Source of the DNA: an archaeon
Lineage (GTDB): Archaea > Nanobdellota > Nanobdellia > Pacearchaeales > GW2011-AR1
Reading direction: 5' to 3'
Length of the DNA stretch: 64,000 bases
Assembly (NCBI GenBank): GCA_021107855.1
Contig: JAIORZ010000011.1
Coordinates: forward strand, 199,686 to 263,685
Both the position numbers and the translations under genes were made by a program. The stretch's first letter is position 1; each line of letters begins with the position of its first letter. The notes beneath the pieces are model-generated. The model made no database searches. It saw nothing but the letters and a program-made list of their open reading frames with translations, and was not told the origin of the DNA. This document shows, one piece after another, positions 8,711 to 18,053 of this stretch.

Positions 8711-10438
8711 ATGAAAGAAGTTGTTGTTAAGTTGATTGCAAAGGAAGTTAGTCTGGATGTTTCTGAGGTTGAAAATTCGATTGAGGTTCCGCCTAAGTCG
8801 GAGATGGGGGATTTTGCGTTCCCTTGTTTTGGGTTGGCTAAGTCAGAGAAGAAACCTCCGGTTATGATTGCTCGGGATTTGGTTGGGAAGTTTATGGTAA
8901 ATTTGCCGAAAGAAATTGAGAGGGTTGATGTTGATGGGGCTTATGTGAATTTTTTTGTTGATAAAAAGATTCTGGCTGGTGAGGTTTTGAAAAAGGTTGA
9001 GGAGAAGGGTTTTGGGAAGTTGGATTTGGGGAAGGGGAAGAAAAGACTTGTTGAGTATTCGCAGCCGAACACGCATAAGGCGTTTCATGTTGGTCATATA
9101 AGGGGGACTTCTTTGGGCGAGAGTTTGGCTCGGATTTTTAGAGCTTGTGGGGAGAAAGTCGTTCAGATGAATTATAGTGGGGATAGTGGGATGCATATTG
9201 CGAAGTGGATTTGGTGTTATCGGAAATATCATAAGAAGGAAAAATTGAGCGATGATGAATCTTGGATTGCCGGAATTTATGTTGATGCGGTTAAGGGGAT
9301 TAGTGAAAATGAAGAGTTTCAAGAGGAGGTTGATAAGATTAATAGGAAGATAGAGAGTGGAGGAGATAAGGCGATTAATGCTTTGTGGAAGAAGACTCGG
9401 GCGATGTCGATTAAGTCTTGGAAGAGAATTTATGATGAGTTGGGTGCGCATTTTGATGTTAGTTTTTTTGAGAGTGAGTTTGAGGAGGCTGGGAAAGATG
9501 AGTCGCTTAAGTTGTTAGAAAAGGGAATTGCGAAGAAGGATGATGCGATTTTTATGGATTTGAAGGATTTTGGACTTGGGGCTTGGGTTTTGTTGAGGAA
9601 GGACGGGACGGTTTTGTATTCAGCGAAGGATATTGCTTTGGCTTTGAGGAAGTTTAAGGATTATAAGAGTGATAATTATTTGATTTGTATTGGAAATGAG
9701 CAGAAGTTGCATTTTGAGCAGTTGGTTAAGACGTTAGAGTTAATGGGGTTGAAGGACGAGGCTTCGAGGTATGGGGTTTTGCCGTTTGGGATGGTTCGGT
9801 TTCCTGAGGGGAAGATGAGTTCTAGGAGTGGTGCGAATGTTTTGTATTCGGATTTTTTTAAAGAGGTTGTTAAAGTTGCTAAGGATGGGCTTAAGAAGAG
9901 GGGACATGAGGGTAATGATATTGATAAAAGAGCTTTGAAGATTGCGGTTGCTTCGGTTAAGTATTCGATGTTGAAGCAGGGGCCAAAGAAGACGATGATT
10001 TTTGACCCTAGGGCGGATGTTGCGTTTGAAGGGGATACCGGTCCTTATTTGTTGTATTCGTATGCTCGGGCTTCTAGTATTATTAGAAAGGTTAAGAGTG
10101 CACGTAATAGTGTACCCTCTAAGGTGGGCACTGGTGTGCCGTCTTTATCGGGCAAAGCCAAAGTTAAGATTAGTAAGTTGGAGGATTCTGAGGTTAAGTT
10201 GGTTAAGAAAATTGATGGATTTGAGGATGTTGTTGGTCGGGCTTATGAGGGGTTGGCGCCGAATTTGATTGCGAATTATTGTTTCGAACTGGCGAAGGAT
10301 TTTAATGAGTTTTATCATGCGTGTCCGGTTTTGGGGAGTGAGAGTGAGGGATTTCGATTGGCGCTTGTTGGGGCGTTTCGGTTAACATTAGGAAAAGGAT
10401 TGGAATTATTAGGAATAGAGAAATTAGAAAAAATGTAA
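8711..10438 (+). CDS. argS: arginyl-tRNA synthetase
   Basis: 575 aa with class I HIGH-like motif HVGHIRG, KMSKS-like MSSRSG, and a C-terminal DALR-type anticodon-binding region. Confidence 0.9.
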   Translation: MKEVVVKLIAKEVSLDVSEVENSIEVPPKSEMGDFAFPCFGLAKSEKKPPVMIARDLVGKFMVNLPKEIERVDVDGAYVNFFVDKKILAGEVLKKVEEKGFGKLDLGKGKKRLVEYSQPNTHKAFHVGHIRGTSLGESLARIFRACGEKVVQMNYSGDSGMHIAKWIWCYRKYHKKEKLSDDESWIAGIYVDAVKGISENEEFQEEVDKINRKIESGGDKAINALWKKTRAMSIKSWKRIYDELGAHFDVSFFESEFEEAGKDESLKLLEKGIAKKDDAIFMDLKDFGLGAWVLLRKDGTVLYSAKDIALALRKFKDYKSDNYLICIGNEQKLHFEQLVKTLELMGLKDEASRYGVLPFGMVRFPEGKMSSRSGANVLYSDFFKEVVKVAKDGLKKRGHEGNDIDKRALKIAVASVKYSMLKQGPKKTMIFDPRADVAFEGDTGPYLLYSYARASSIIRKVKSARNSVPSKVGTGVPSLSGKAKVKISKLEDSEVKLVKKIDGFEDVVGRAYEGLAPNLIANYCFELAKDFNEFYHACPVLGSESEGFRLALVGAFRLTLGKGLELLGIEKLEKM

Positions 10439-10484
10439 GGCTCCCTTTTAGAAAAAGGTTCCCTGGAATCAAAACTTGGTTAGC
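10438..10484 (+). repeat. repeat element, copy 2 (degenerate/partial), abutting the argS stop codon
   Basis: AGGCTCCCTTTTAGAAAAAGGTTCCCTGGAATCAAAACTTGGTTAGC aligns to the 5' two-thirds of the 72-nt element with small deletions. Confidence 0.65.
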
Positions 10485-10531
10485 TATAATTAAAAATCAA
10501 TTTTTTATGAAAAATCAATTTTTAATTATAG
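10484..10531. terminator. long A/T hairpin between convergent argS and trmB-like genes
   Basis: CTATAATTAAAAAT (10484..10497) pairs perfectly with ATTTTTAATTATAG (10518..10531). The loop can extend the pairing. Confidence 0.45.
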
Positions 10532-10539
10532 TATTTAAT

Positions 10540-10601
10540 GCAAATTAAAATTTCTTGACGGTTCCGTCCAAAGGACACCTGAACCTAAAATTTTAATTTG
10601 C
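10540..10601. other. 14-bp perfect stem enclosing a 34-nt structured loop (terminator or small RNA)
   Basis: GCAAATTAAAATTT (10540..10553) pairs with AAATTTTAATTTGC (10588..10601). The loop holds a nested GGTTC..GTCC-AAA-GGAC..GAACC pairing. Confidence 0.45.
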
Positions 10602-10668
10602 GGACTTGTCCAGATAAAGAATTAATATTGTATTGTTGAAATTTATTTACTAGAAGAAGGAAATCGTT

Positions 10669-11475
10669 TTATTTAACAACCTTAAAATTTTTCCAGGCAA
10701 TTTCAAATAAACTTTCCATTGCTTGTGCGAAGTATTCGGTGTTTAGCCAAATCCCAACGTCGTAAGTTGGGTGGACATCTTCATCGTTTAGGAGCATAAA
10801 CATTAGTTGTTCGCTATCCACTAGCATGAATCTTGCGTTGAGACCTTGAACATTTTTTACTTCTGCCACTTTCGCAAAATCTTTTGCCACTTTCGCATTG
10901 TCTGCATTTATTGGAGCCGCTATTCTAATTTTTACTCCTCGTTTTTTTGCTTTTTCTAAGGATGGCAGAAGAACTTCTAGTTTTCGGCTTAAGCCGTCTG
11001 CGGTTGTTACGAGTGTGATTGTGCGTTGGGATTCTCGGACTAGCATATCTAGGTGGTTGTAGATGTTTTGTCGTGATTTTAATGCGCCGGAGAGTTCTGT
11101 TGGTTCGATGTATTTGATTCCATCGGAAAATAGTGTTGTTAATTCTTCTAAAACTTCATCACCTTTTAGTTTTTCCAGCCTTTTTGATTTATCTTTTGCG
11201 TTGATTATTAGGTTTCTTTTTACTCGTTCGATTACTTCTTCGGGTTTCAGTGCGATGAAATTGATTGGTTTTCCTAGTTTCATTACGATGAAACCTTTTT
11301 TCTCGAGGGATTCTAGGATGTCATAGGTTCGGGATCGTGGGACGTCAGAAATGCTTGAGAGTTCGCCTGCGGTTGATGTGCCTCGGGAGAGTAATGCTGT
11401 CCAGACTTTTACTTCGTATAGATTTAAGTCGAATATCTTTCTGAGTCTGCTTAAGAACTCCTCTTTGACTATCAT
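10669..11475 (-). CDS. TrmB-family transcriptional regulator
   Basis: 268 aa with N-terminal wHTH LYEVKVWTALLSRGTSTAGELSSISDVPRSRTYDILESLEKKGFI, typical of TrmB. Confidence 0.75.
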   Translation of the reverse strand: MIVKEEFLSRLRKIFDLNLYEVKVWTALLSRGTSTAGELSSISDVPRSRTYDILESLEKKGFIVMKLGKPINFIALKPEEVIERVKRNLIINAKDKSKRLEKLKGDEVLEELTTLFSDGIKYIEPTELSGALKSRQNIYNHLDMLVRESQRTITLVTTADGLSRKLEVLLPSLEKAKKRGVKIRIAAPINADNAKVAKDFAKVAEVKNVQGLNARFMLVDSEQLMFMLLNDEDVHPTYDVGIWLNTEYFAQAMESLFEIAWKNFKVVK

Positions 11476-11559
11476 AGTTGTTAGAGTTTGAAGTAGTATT
11501 TAAATGTTTCTTCGAATTGTCCGATTATCAAGGGGTAAAATAGAGTTTTATCGTCGGTG

Positions 11560-14442
11560 TTATAATTTATTGAATCTTATTTTGAACTTTTTGTCCTTTA
11601 TTTTTCCTTCTTTGGAGTGACTAAATTTTTTATTGGATTTATCTAAATTGATTGATGTGGCGCCGACTTTCTTTTTTATGGTGTCGATTTGGGATTCTAG
11701 GAGGCTGTTAAGGTCTGAGGTGATTTCTAGTTCTATTGTGTCTGATTTTACGAGGTTGGCTTCTTTCCTTGTTGCTTGTATTTTTCGTGAGATTTCTCTG
11801 ACGTAGCCTTCGGTTTCGAGTTCTGGGGTGATTTTTGTGTTTAGTTTGACTTCTAATTTTTCGGATTTTTGGTATTCTATTTCTTTGATGTTGAGTTCTT
11901 CTTTGATTATTTGGGAAAGTTCTTCGTCTGGTTGGGTCGGGGTTGAGACGGTTGCTTTTGATAGGGGCCATTTTATTCCGATTTGTTCTTTGTCTCTTTG
12001 TTGCAAAGCTGTTGAAACTATTTTTCTTGTGGTTTCCATTTCTGTTTCGAGTTCTTTGTTGATTAGGGATTCGTCTGCTTTGGGGTAGTCTTGGAGGTGG
12101 ACTGAGTTTTCTTGTCCATTAATGTCCTGATATATTTTTTCTGTTACGAATGGGATTAGTGGGGCTAGGATTTTGGAGAGCTTATTTAGGATGTAGTAAG
12201 TCGTTTTTCTTGCGAATTTGTCTTCTCTGTTGAATCGGTTTCGGGAGTTTCGGATGTACCAAGTTGAGAGGTCGTCGATGTATTTTTTCGTGAAGGCGCA
12301 GACTTTTATTGTTTCGTATTTTTCTAGGTCTTCTTGGACGACTTTATTTAGTTCTTCGGTTCTTGAGATTATCCAATTGTCCATGATGTTTTGGGAGCTT
12401 TCGAATTTTTTGTCGTCTTCTTGTTGGTATTCGGAATAGAATCGTGCGACGTTGTAAAGTAGAACTGTGATTTTTTTGTAGGTTTCCTGGAGGCCTTTTT
12501 CTGAAAAACTCGCGTCTTCGGCTGCGATTACTGGGGATGCTAGCAGGTAAAATCGGAGAGTGTCTGCTCCGTATTCGTTTATCATTTTTAATGGGTCTGG
12601 GTAGTTATTTAGGGATTTTGACATTTTTCTTCCGTCTTCGCCTAGTAGGTTCCCGGTTGTTAGGACGTTTTCGAATGGCATTTTGTCGAAGAGAATTGTG
12701 GATAATGCCATCATGTAATAGAACCATGCTCGTGTTTGTCCGATGTATTCTACAACGAATTGGGCTGGGAAGTTTTTGTCGAAGAATTCTTTGTTTTCAA
12801 ATGGGTAGTGGAATTGTGCGAATGTCATTGCGCCCGATTCGAACCAGCAGTCTAGAACTTCGGGAATTCTTGTGTATTCTTCTCCGTCTATTTCGAGTTT
12901 GATTGAGTCTAGAAAATCTTTGTGGAGGTCTATTTCTTTTTTGGGTAAGCTGGTTGCGTGTTCTTTTAGTTCTTCGATTGAGCCGATTACCTTGATTTTT
13001 CCGGACTTTGATTTCCAGATTGGGATTGCGCTTGCCCAGTATCTGTTTCTTGTGACGTTCCAGTCTGGTGCGGTCGAGATGTTATGTTGGACTTGTCCTT
13101 CTTTCAGGTGGGATGGAATCCAGTTGATGCCGAGGTTGAGTTCGAGGAATCTTTCTTTGATTTTTTGAATGTTGACGAACCACGCAGGCAGGGCTCTGTA
13201 GATTAGTTTTGTGTCGCAGCGGTAGCAGAATGGATATTCGTGTTCGATTTTTCGTGATGAGATTGCTTTGTGTGCAGTTTTTAGGTCGATTACGATTTGT
13301 TTGTTTGTGTCGTGGACTAGCTGACCTTTGTAGTCTTTGACTTCCGAGGTGAAGAGCCCTGTTTCATCGACTGGTTGAACTGAGGGTATTCCGTATTTTT
13401 TACAGATTGTGTTGTCTTCTTCCCCGAATGCTGGGGCGGTGTGGACGATTCCGGTTCCTTCTTCAGCTGTTACGAAGTCTGCTACTAGGAATTTGAAGGA
13501 GTTTGGGTTGTCTTTGAAGTAGGGGAAGAGTGGTTCGTATTGTTTTCCTTCGAGTTCTTTTCCTTTTAACTCTTTTATAATTTCGTATTCTTTTTTGGAT
13601 TTGTAGAATTTTTCGAGTAGGTCTTTTGCGAGGACATATGTGTTGTTGTCGGATTTGTCTTTTGCGTAAACGTAGGTTAGTTCTGGGTGGACTGTTAGTG
13701 CGAGGTTGCTTGGGAGGGTCCATGGCGTTGTTGTCCAGGCGAGTGCGTAGGTGTTTTCTTCGTCTTTTAGTTTGAGTTTTACTGTGATGCTTATGTCTTT
13801 TATGATTTTGTAGGAATTGTCCATTGCGATTTCGAATTTTGCTAGGGGAGTTGAGCATCGTGGGCAGTAGAGTAGGACTTTTTCGCCTTCGTAGAGGTAG
13901 TCTTTGTTGTAGAGTTGCTTGAATGCCCACCAGACGGATTCGATGTATTTTGTGTCCATTGTTTTGTAGCCTTTTTCCCAGTCTACCCATCGTCCGACTT
14001 TTTCGATGTAGTGTCGCCATTCTTTGTCGTAGGTTAGAACTTTGCTTCTGCAGTAGTTGTTGAATTTTTTGACGCCCATTTTTTCGATTTCGTCTTTGGA
14101 GTTGATTTTGAGGTCTTTTTCTGCGATTGATTCGATTGGTAGTCCGTGGCAGTCCCATCCCCATGTTCGTTCTACGTATCGACCTTGCATTGTGAAGAAT
14201 CTTGGGAAGACGTCTTTTAGGATGGATGGGAGTAGGCTTCCGTAGTGTGGGAGGCCGGTTGCGAAAGGGGGTCCGTCGTAGAAGATGTAGGGTTTGCCGT
14301 TTTTGGTTTTTTCTAGGGAGGCTTCGAATATTTTGTTGTCTTTCCAGTATTTGGAGATTGCTTCTTCGGTTTTTTGGATGTTGGATTTAGTGTCCGATTT
14401 TTTTACATCTTTAGTTCGTGTTTTTGATTTTTTGTTTGTCAT
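11560..14442 (-). CDS. ileS: isoleucyl-tRNA synthetase
   Basis: 960 aa. PPFATGLPHYGS (HIGH region), KMSKS, a CP1 editing-domain-sized insertion, and WFESG motifs. Confidence 0.92.
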   Translation of the reverse strand: MTNKKSKTRTKDVKKSDTKSNIQKTEEAISKYWKDNKIFEASLEKTKNGKPYIFYDGPPFATGLPHYGSLLPSILKDVFPRFFTMQGRYVERTWGWDCHGLPIESIAEKDLKINSKDEIEKMGVKKFNNYCRSKVLTYDKEWRHYIEKVGRWVDWEKGYKTMDTKYIESVWWAFKQLYNKDYLYEGEKVLLYCPRCSTPLAKFEIAMDNSYKIIKDISITVKLKLKDEENTYALAWTTTPWTLPSNLALTVHPELTYVYAKDKSDNNTYVLAKDLLEKFYKSKKEYEIIKELKGKELEGKQYEPLFPYFKDNPNSFKFLVADFVTAEEGTGIVHTAPAFGEEDNTICKKYGIPSVQPVDETGLFTSEVKDYKGQLVHDTNKQIVIDLKTAHKAISSRKIEHEYPFCYRCDTKLIYRALPAWFVNIQKIKERFLELNLGINWIPSHLKEGQVQHNISTAPDWNVTRNRYWASAIPIWKSKSGKIKVIGSIEELKEHATSLPKKEIDLHKDFLDSIKLEIDGEEYTRIPEVLDCWFESGAMTFAQFHYPFENKEFFDKNFPAQFVVEYIGQTRAWFYYMMALSTILFDKMPFENVLTTGNLLGEDGRKMSKSLNNYPDPLKMINEYGADTLRFYLLASPVIAAEDASFSEKGLQETYKKITVLLYNVARFYSEYQQEDDKKFESSQNIMDNWIISRTEELNKVVQEDLEKYETIKVCAFTKKYIDDLSTWYIRNSRNRFNREDKFARKTTYYILNKLSKILAPLIPFVTEKIYQDINGQENSVHLQDYPKADESLINKELETEMETTRKIVSTALQQRDKEQIGIKWPLSKATVSTPTQPDEELSQIIKEELNIKEIEYQKSEKLEVKLNTKITPELETEGYVREISRKIQATRKEANLVKSDTIELEITSDLNSLLESQIDTIKKKVGATSINLDKSNKKFSHSKEGKIKDKKFKIRFNKL

Positions 14443-14619
14443 AGTTATATTTTGTTAAGTGGTTATTTAAATTTGTGGTAGCGCTGGCTACGAGTTAGAT
14501 GATGATGGCGGTTGAGATGTCGTTTGCCATGGATTGTTTGGGGGTATTGCTTATTTAAGGGTTTTGTCTATTGGGGCGTTATTAATAATATTTAAATAGT
14601 TGTTTTGTGTAATATTTTT

Positions 14620-14979
14620 ATGAAGCAAGTGGTGATTAATTTATCGGACAAATTGTATTTTACGTTGTTAGCGGCTGTTTTTGTGTGTTTGTTGGGGATT
14701 GGGGTTTATGCTTATGGGACGTCTGACCCCGTTATGTTTGGGCATAGTTCCGAGGAGATTGAGAGCATAAATTGGAGTCAGATTTCTGGAATTCCTATAG
14801 ATATTGCGGATGGGGATAATGATTCGGCGTTGGGAACAGATTGTTATTGGACTGGTATAGCGAAATGTTATGGTTATCCGACTTGTCCTAGCGGGTATTA
14901 TGTTGCGGGTGTAGGGACGAGTTATGATCGTGCGAATTGTGCGGGGATGTTTGGTGTTGCGTTGTATTGTTGTAGGTAG
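14620..14979 (+). CDS. secreted Cys-rich protein, conserved-leader family member A
   Basis: Leader LSDKLYFTLL..TM..VYAYGTSDPVMFGHSSEEI is shared with 15791, 44932 and 53874. The C-terminus has 6 Cys. The ORF track starts at a TTG; the first ATG is at 14620. Confidence 0.7.
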   Translation: MKQVVINLSDKLYFTLLAAVFVCLLGIGVYAYGTSDPVMFGHSSEEIESINWSQISGIPIDIADGDNDSALGTDCYWTGIAKCYGYPTCPSGYYVAGVGTSYDRANCAGMFGVALYCCR

Positions 14980-14986
14980 GGTATAA

Positions 14987-15703
14987 TTAGTTTTCTAGCA
15001 TTTCTTTTTCGATATGATTTAAGTTGTTTGGGATAATTAAGCAGAATGGCATTGGGATATTTTTGTTTTGTAGATTTTGAGGTGCATCGTAGAAGATTTT
15101 TTGCTGGCTAGTTCCGGCGTGGGAAATTGCGATTATTTTTTTTGGAAGTTTCAAATTTTCTTTTTTTGTAGATTCTATAAGTTGCTCAATTGCGTTTTTA
15201 ATTTCTAATCCGATGTCGGTTAGGATTAGGGAGTGAGCGTCGATTGAGAGATTTTGTTTTATGTAGTTGATGAACGAGGTCGGCTTGTTTGTGTGTTCTG
15301 CCCAGTTTGGCATTGAGGTTGTTTTCCCGAATTTGTAGAGTGATAGTCCGGTTTCTGCTATTGTTGTTAGGATTGAGGCGTTGTGGTAGATTTTGTATGG
15401 GATGTTTTGTTTTTTGGCTTCGAGGATTAGTTGCATGTGGGTTGTTGCGGAGAGTGAGTCGCCATAAACTAAGAGTGCGATGTTTTGGGATTTTGCTTCT
15501 TGGAGGATTGATTCGTTTTCAACTTGCTGGCGTGAGAGTTCTTGGATTTTAATGTTGTAATTTTTTTCTAGTTCTTCTTTTGGATATGGGAAGTTTACGG
15601 TGTAGTTTTCTAAGTAGATTTTGTCGGCGGTTTTTAGGGTTTCGAGGGCGTCTGCTGAGATTGAGTTTTGGGTCATGCCGGTTCCGATGAGGTGGAGTGT
15701 CAT
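14987..15703 (-). CDS. dph5: diphthine synthase
   Basis: 238 aa tetrapyrrole-methylase fold. N-terminal LHLIGTG and VYGDSLSATTH motifs are typical of archaeal DphB/Dph5. Confidence 0.85.
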   Translation of the reverse strand: MTLHLIGTGMTQNSISADALETLKTADKIYLENYTVNFPYPKEELEKNYNIKIQELSRQQVENESILQEAKSQNIALLVYGDSLSATTHMQLILEAKKQNIPYKIYHNASILTTIAETGLSLYKFGKTTSMPNWAEHTNKPTSFINYIKQNLSIDAHSLILTDIGLEIKNAIEQLIESTKKENLKLPKKIIAISHAGTSQQKIFYDAPQNLQNKNIPMPFCLIIPNNLNHIEKEMLEN

Positions 15704-15790
15704 GGATATGGGGGTGAGAAGGGGGTTTTAAGGTTTTTGATGGGAATGCAGAGTATTTATAAGGAATAGTCCATTGATTAGTTTGTTAAG

Positions 15791-16639
15791 ATGGTGAAGG
15801 GAATTAAGATTGGTATGTCGAATAAGTCGTTTTATTCGTTGATTGTGATAGGTGTTTTGATTTTGGTGGGGTCGGTTTATGCTTATGGGACTTCTAGTCC
15901 TTCGGTGATGGGGCATAGTGTTGGTGAGTTGAATATGGGCCCAATTAGGGTTTCTGGAAATAGTGTTGGAATTGGGACGAGTAGTCCGATGCATGATTTG
16001 GATATTGTTAATCCTTCTGGTCCTGCGAATATAAATATTTATGCGAATCCTTCACATTCTAGTAGTGTTACTTTTCTTACAAGTAGGGCTGGTTCGGGTG
16101 TTTTGGGACAGTCAAGTGCTGCGGGGTGGATTATGTATGGAAGGGGGGTTAGTTATGCAGCAGAACCGCATACTTTTGGGATGAATTTTTGGAATGGTGC
16201 TAATTGGCTTCCTCACACACCTCTTAGAATTGATCCGGCTAGTGGATATGTTGGCATAGGCCAACTCCCAAGAATGGGGGTGGGCGCGGGTCCAGTTTAT
16301 TGGGTTGGAGCCCCGGGTTGGCTTACTGCTATAAATCCTTCATCGCGGGAGTATAAGGAGAATATCGAGCCTATGCCGAATTTAAAAGAGGAGAGAATTT
16401 TTGATTTGGAGCTAAAGAGTTTTACTTGGAAAGAGGATCAACAAAATGATTTTGGGTATATAGCTGAGGAAGTTCAAAATGTTTTGCCTGAATTATATGA
16501 AGAGGACGAACATGTCACAGGCTACCAAAAGGATAAACTTATTTTTTATGTTATTGAATTAGTTAAATCTCAACAAGAACAGATTGATAAACTTGAAAAA
16601 GATAATGAAGAGTTGAGAGATTTTTTGTATAGGGAGTAG
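15791..16639 (+). CDS. secreted tail-fibre-like protein with C-terminal peptidase S74 intramolecular chaperone domain; leader family member B
   Basis: Leader MSNKSFYSLIVIGVLILVGSVYAYGTSSPSVMGHSVGEL. It has an NSVGIGTSSP..LD repeat typical of fibre proteins. The C-terminus SSREYKENIEPM..FTWKED..GYIAEEVQNVLPELY plus coiled coil matches the endosialidase-chaperone pattern. Confidence 0.7.
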   Translation: MVKGIKIGMSNKSFYSLIVIGVLILVGSVYAYGTSSPSVMGHSVGELNMGPIRVSGNSVGIGTSSPMHDLDIVNPSGPANINIYANPSHSSSVTFLTSRAGSGVLGQSSAAGWIMYGRGVSYAAEPHTFGMNFWNGANWLPHTPLRIDPASGYVGIGQLPRMGVGAGPVYWVGAPGWLTAINPSSREYKENIEPMPNLKEERIFDLELKSFTWKEDQQNDFGYIAEEVQNVLPELYEEDEHVTGYQKDKLIFYVIELVKSQQEQIDKLEKDNEELRDFLYRE

Positions 16640-16858
16640 TTATATTTTATACCAGATGTAGGTTGTGATTAAGAGGAAGGTTAGGGTGAGTGTTATTTGT
16701 TTGTTTTGGGAGGCGAAGATTGCGATTAGGATTGCGAGGATTTTTATAAAGAGCGGGAAGTATTGGGGTTTTGTGTAGATGTTTTTTTCGTCTGATGTGG
16801 TTTTGGCGAGGGCGATGCCGAGTGGGATTGCTAGGATTAGAAGAAAGTATTCTATCAT
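16640..16858 (-). CDS. small membrane protein
   Basis: 72 aa with two TM helices and minus-strand codon style. Confidence 0.5.
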   Translation of the reverse strand: MIEYFLLILAIPLGIALAKTTSDEKNIYTKPQYFPLFIKILAILIAIFASQNKQITLTLTFLLITTYIWYKI

Positions 16859-16945
16859 TAGTTTTTTAAGGAAGGCGAGTTTATAGGTTTTGTTAAAGTT
16901 TGTAAAACTTTACAAGACGGAATCTTCTCAGTCATATTTAAAAAT

Positions 16946-17773
16946 ATGGTTTCCGAAATTCATCTTATGAAATTAGTTGATGTGCATTGTCATTTGAATC
17001 ATGGCAGGTTTGGGAAGGATTTGGACGAGGTTGTTGAGAGATTTAGGAAAGCGGGCGGGGAGATTCTTGTGACTTCGGGTGTGAATAAGGGTTCGAATCG
17101 GGAGGCTTTGGAGCTTGCTGAGAGGTATGATGTTGTCCGGGCTTCGTTTGGGATTTATCCTGTGGATGCTTTGGCGAAGGAGTGCGAGGTTGGTGAAGCG
17201 GATGGTTTTAGGGATTTGGTGGAGTTTGATGTTGATGAGGAGTTGGCTTGGATTGAGGCGCATGCGGATGATTGTGTTGCGGTTGGGGAGATTGGGTTGG
17301 ATTATAATTGGAAAGAGTTTCAGAGCGAGGAGATGAGGGAGGCGCAGAAGAAGGTTTTTAGGAAATGTTTGAAGTTAGCGAAGAAGATTGGGAAGGTGGT
17401 TGTGATTCATTCGAGGAAGGCTGAGGCGGATGCGATTGAGATTTTGGAGGAGATGAAGATGGAGCGCGTTATCATGCATTGTTTTAATGGGAAAAAAGCT
17501 TTGATTCGTCGGTGTGTTGAGAATGGTTGGTCGTTTAGTGTGCCGGCTGTGATTACGAGGTTGGAGCATTTTAAGATGTTGGTTGAGATGGTTCCGTTGG
17601 GGCAGTTGTTGACGGAGACTGATGCGCCGTATTTGAGTCCGGTTGCTGGGGAGAGGAATGAGTCGGCGAATGTTGCTGTTACGCTGAAGGAGATTGCGAG
17701 GATTAAGGGGTTGGATGTTGAGGAAGTTGGAGAGAAGGTTTTTGAGAATATGAAAAATATGTTTCAGTTGTAG
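16946..17773 (+). CDS. tatD: TatD-family metal-dependent hydrolase/DNase
   Basis: VDVHCHL, EIGLDY, VIHSR, HCF and TETDAPYL motifs. An alternative start is the ATG at 16967 (MKLVDVHCH). Confidence 0.85.
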   Translation: MVSEIHLMKLVDVHCHLNHGRFGKDLDEVVERFRKAGGEILVTSGVNKGSNREALELAERYDVVRASFGIYPVDALAKECEVGEADGFRDLVEFDVDEELAWIEAHADDCVAVGEIGLDYNWKEFQSEEMREAQKKVFRKCLKLAKKIGKVVVIHSRKAEADAIEILEEMKMERVIMHCFNGKKALIRRCVENGWSFSVPAVITRLEHFKMLVEMVPLGQLLTETDAPYLSPVAGERNESANVAVTLKEIARIKGLDVEEVGEKVFENMKNMFQL

Positions 17774-17834
17774 TGGGCTGTAGAGTGTAGCGACTAAGAT
17801 GTTTATAATTTAAAAAATTAGGAATTTTGGGTAA

Positions 17835-18053
17835 TTACTTTTTACACCAACAGTTGCTTCCAGATAATAGGGTGATTGCAGCTGCGATTGTTATTACGAT
17901 TTGTGCCCACATCTCAGCAGGTTTCCACCATACTAATGCTATTATTATCAGTGCTAAAAATCCTTTGCAGTGATGAGATTCTTCTGTTGCGCAAGATGTT
18001 ATTGGTTCAGGTATTACTTTTTTTACTGCTTTTTTCTTTGCTTTTTTTGCCAT
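17835..18053 (-). CDS. small membrane protein with basic N-terminus
   Basis: 72 aa: MAKKAKKKAVKK..., then two hydrophobic segments and several Cys. Overlaps the K-rich tail of the korB ORF. Confidence 0.45.
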   Translation of the reverse strand: MAKKAKKKAVKKVIPEPITSCATEESHHCKGFLALIIIALVWWKPAEMWAQIVITIAAAITLLSGSNCWCKK

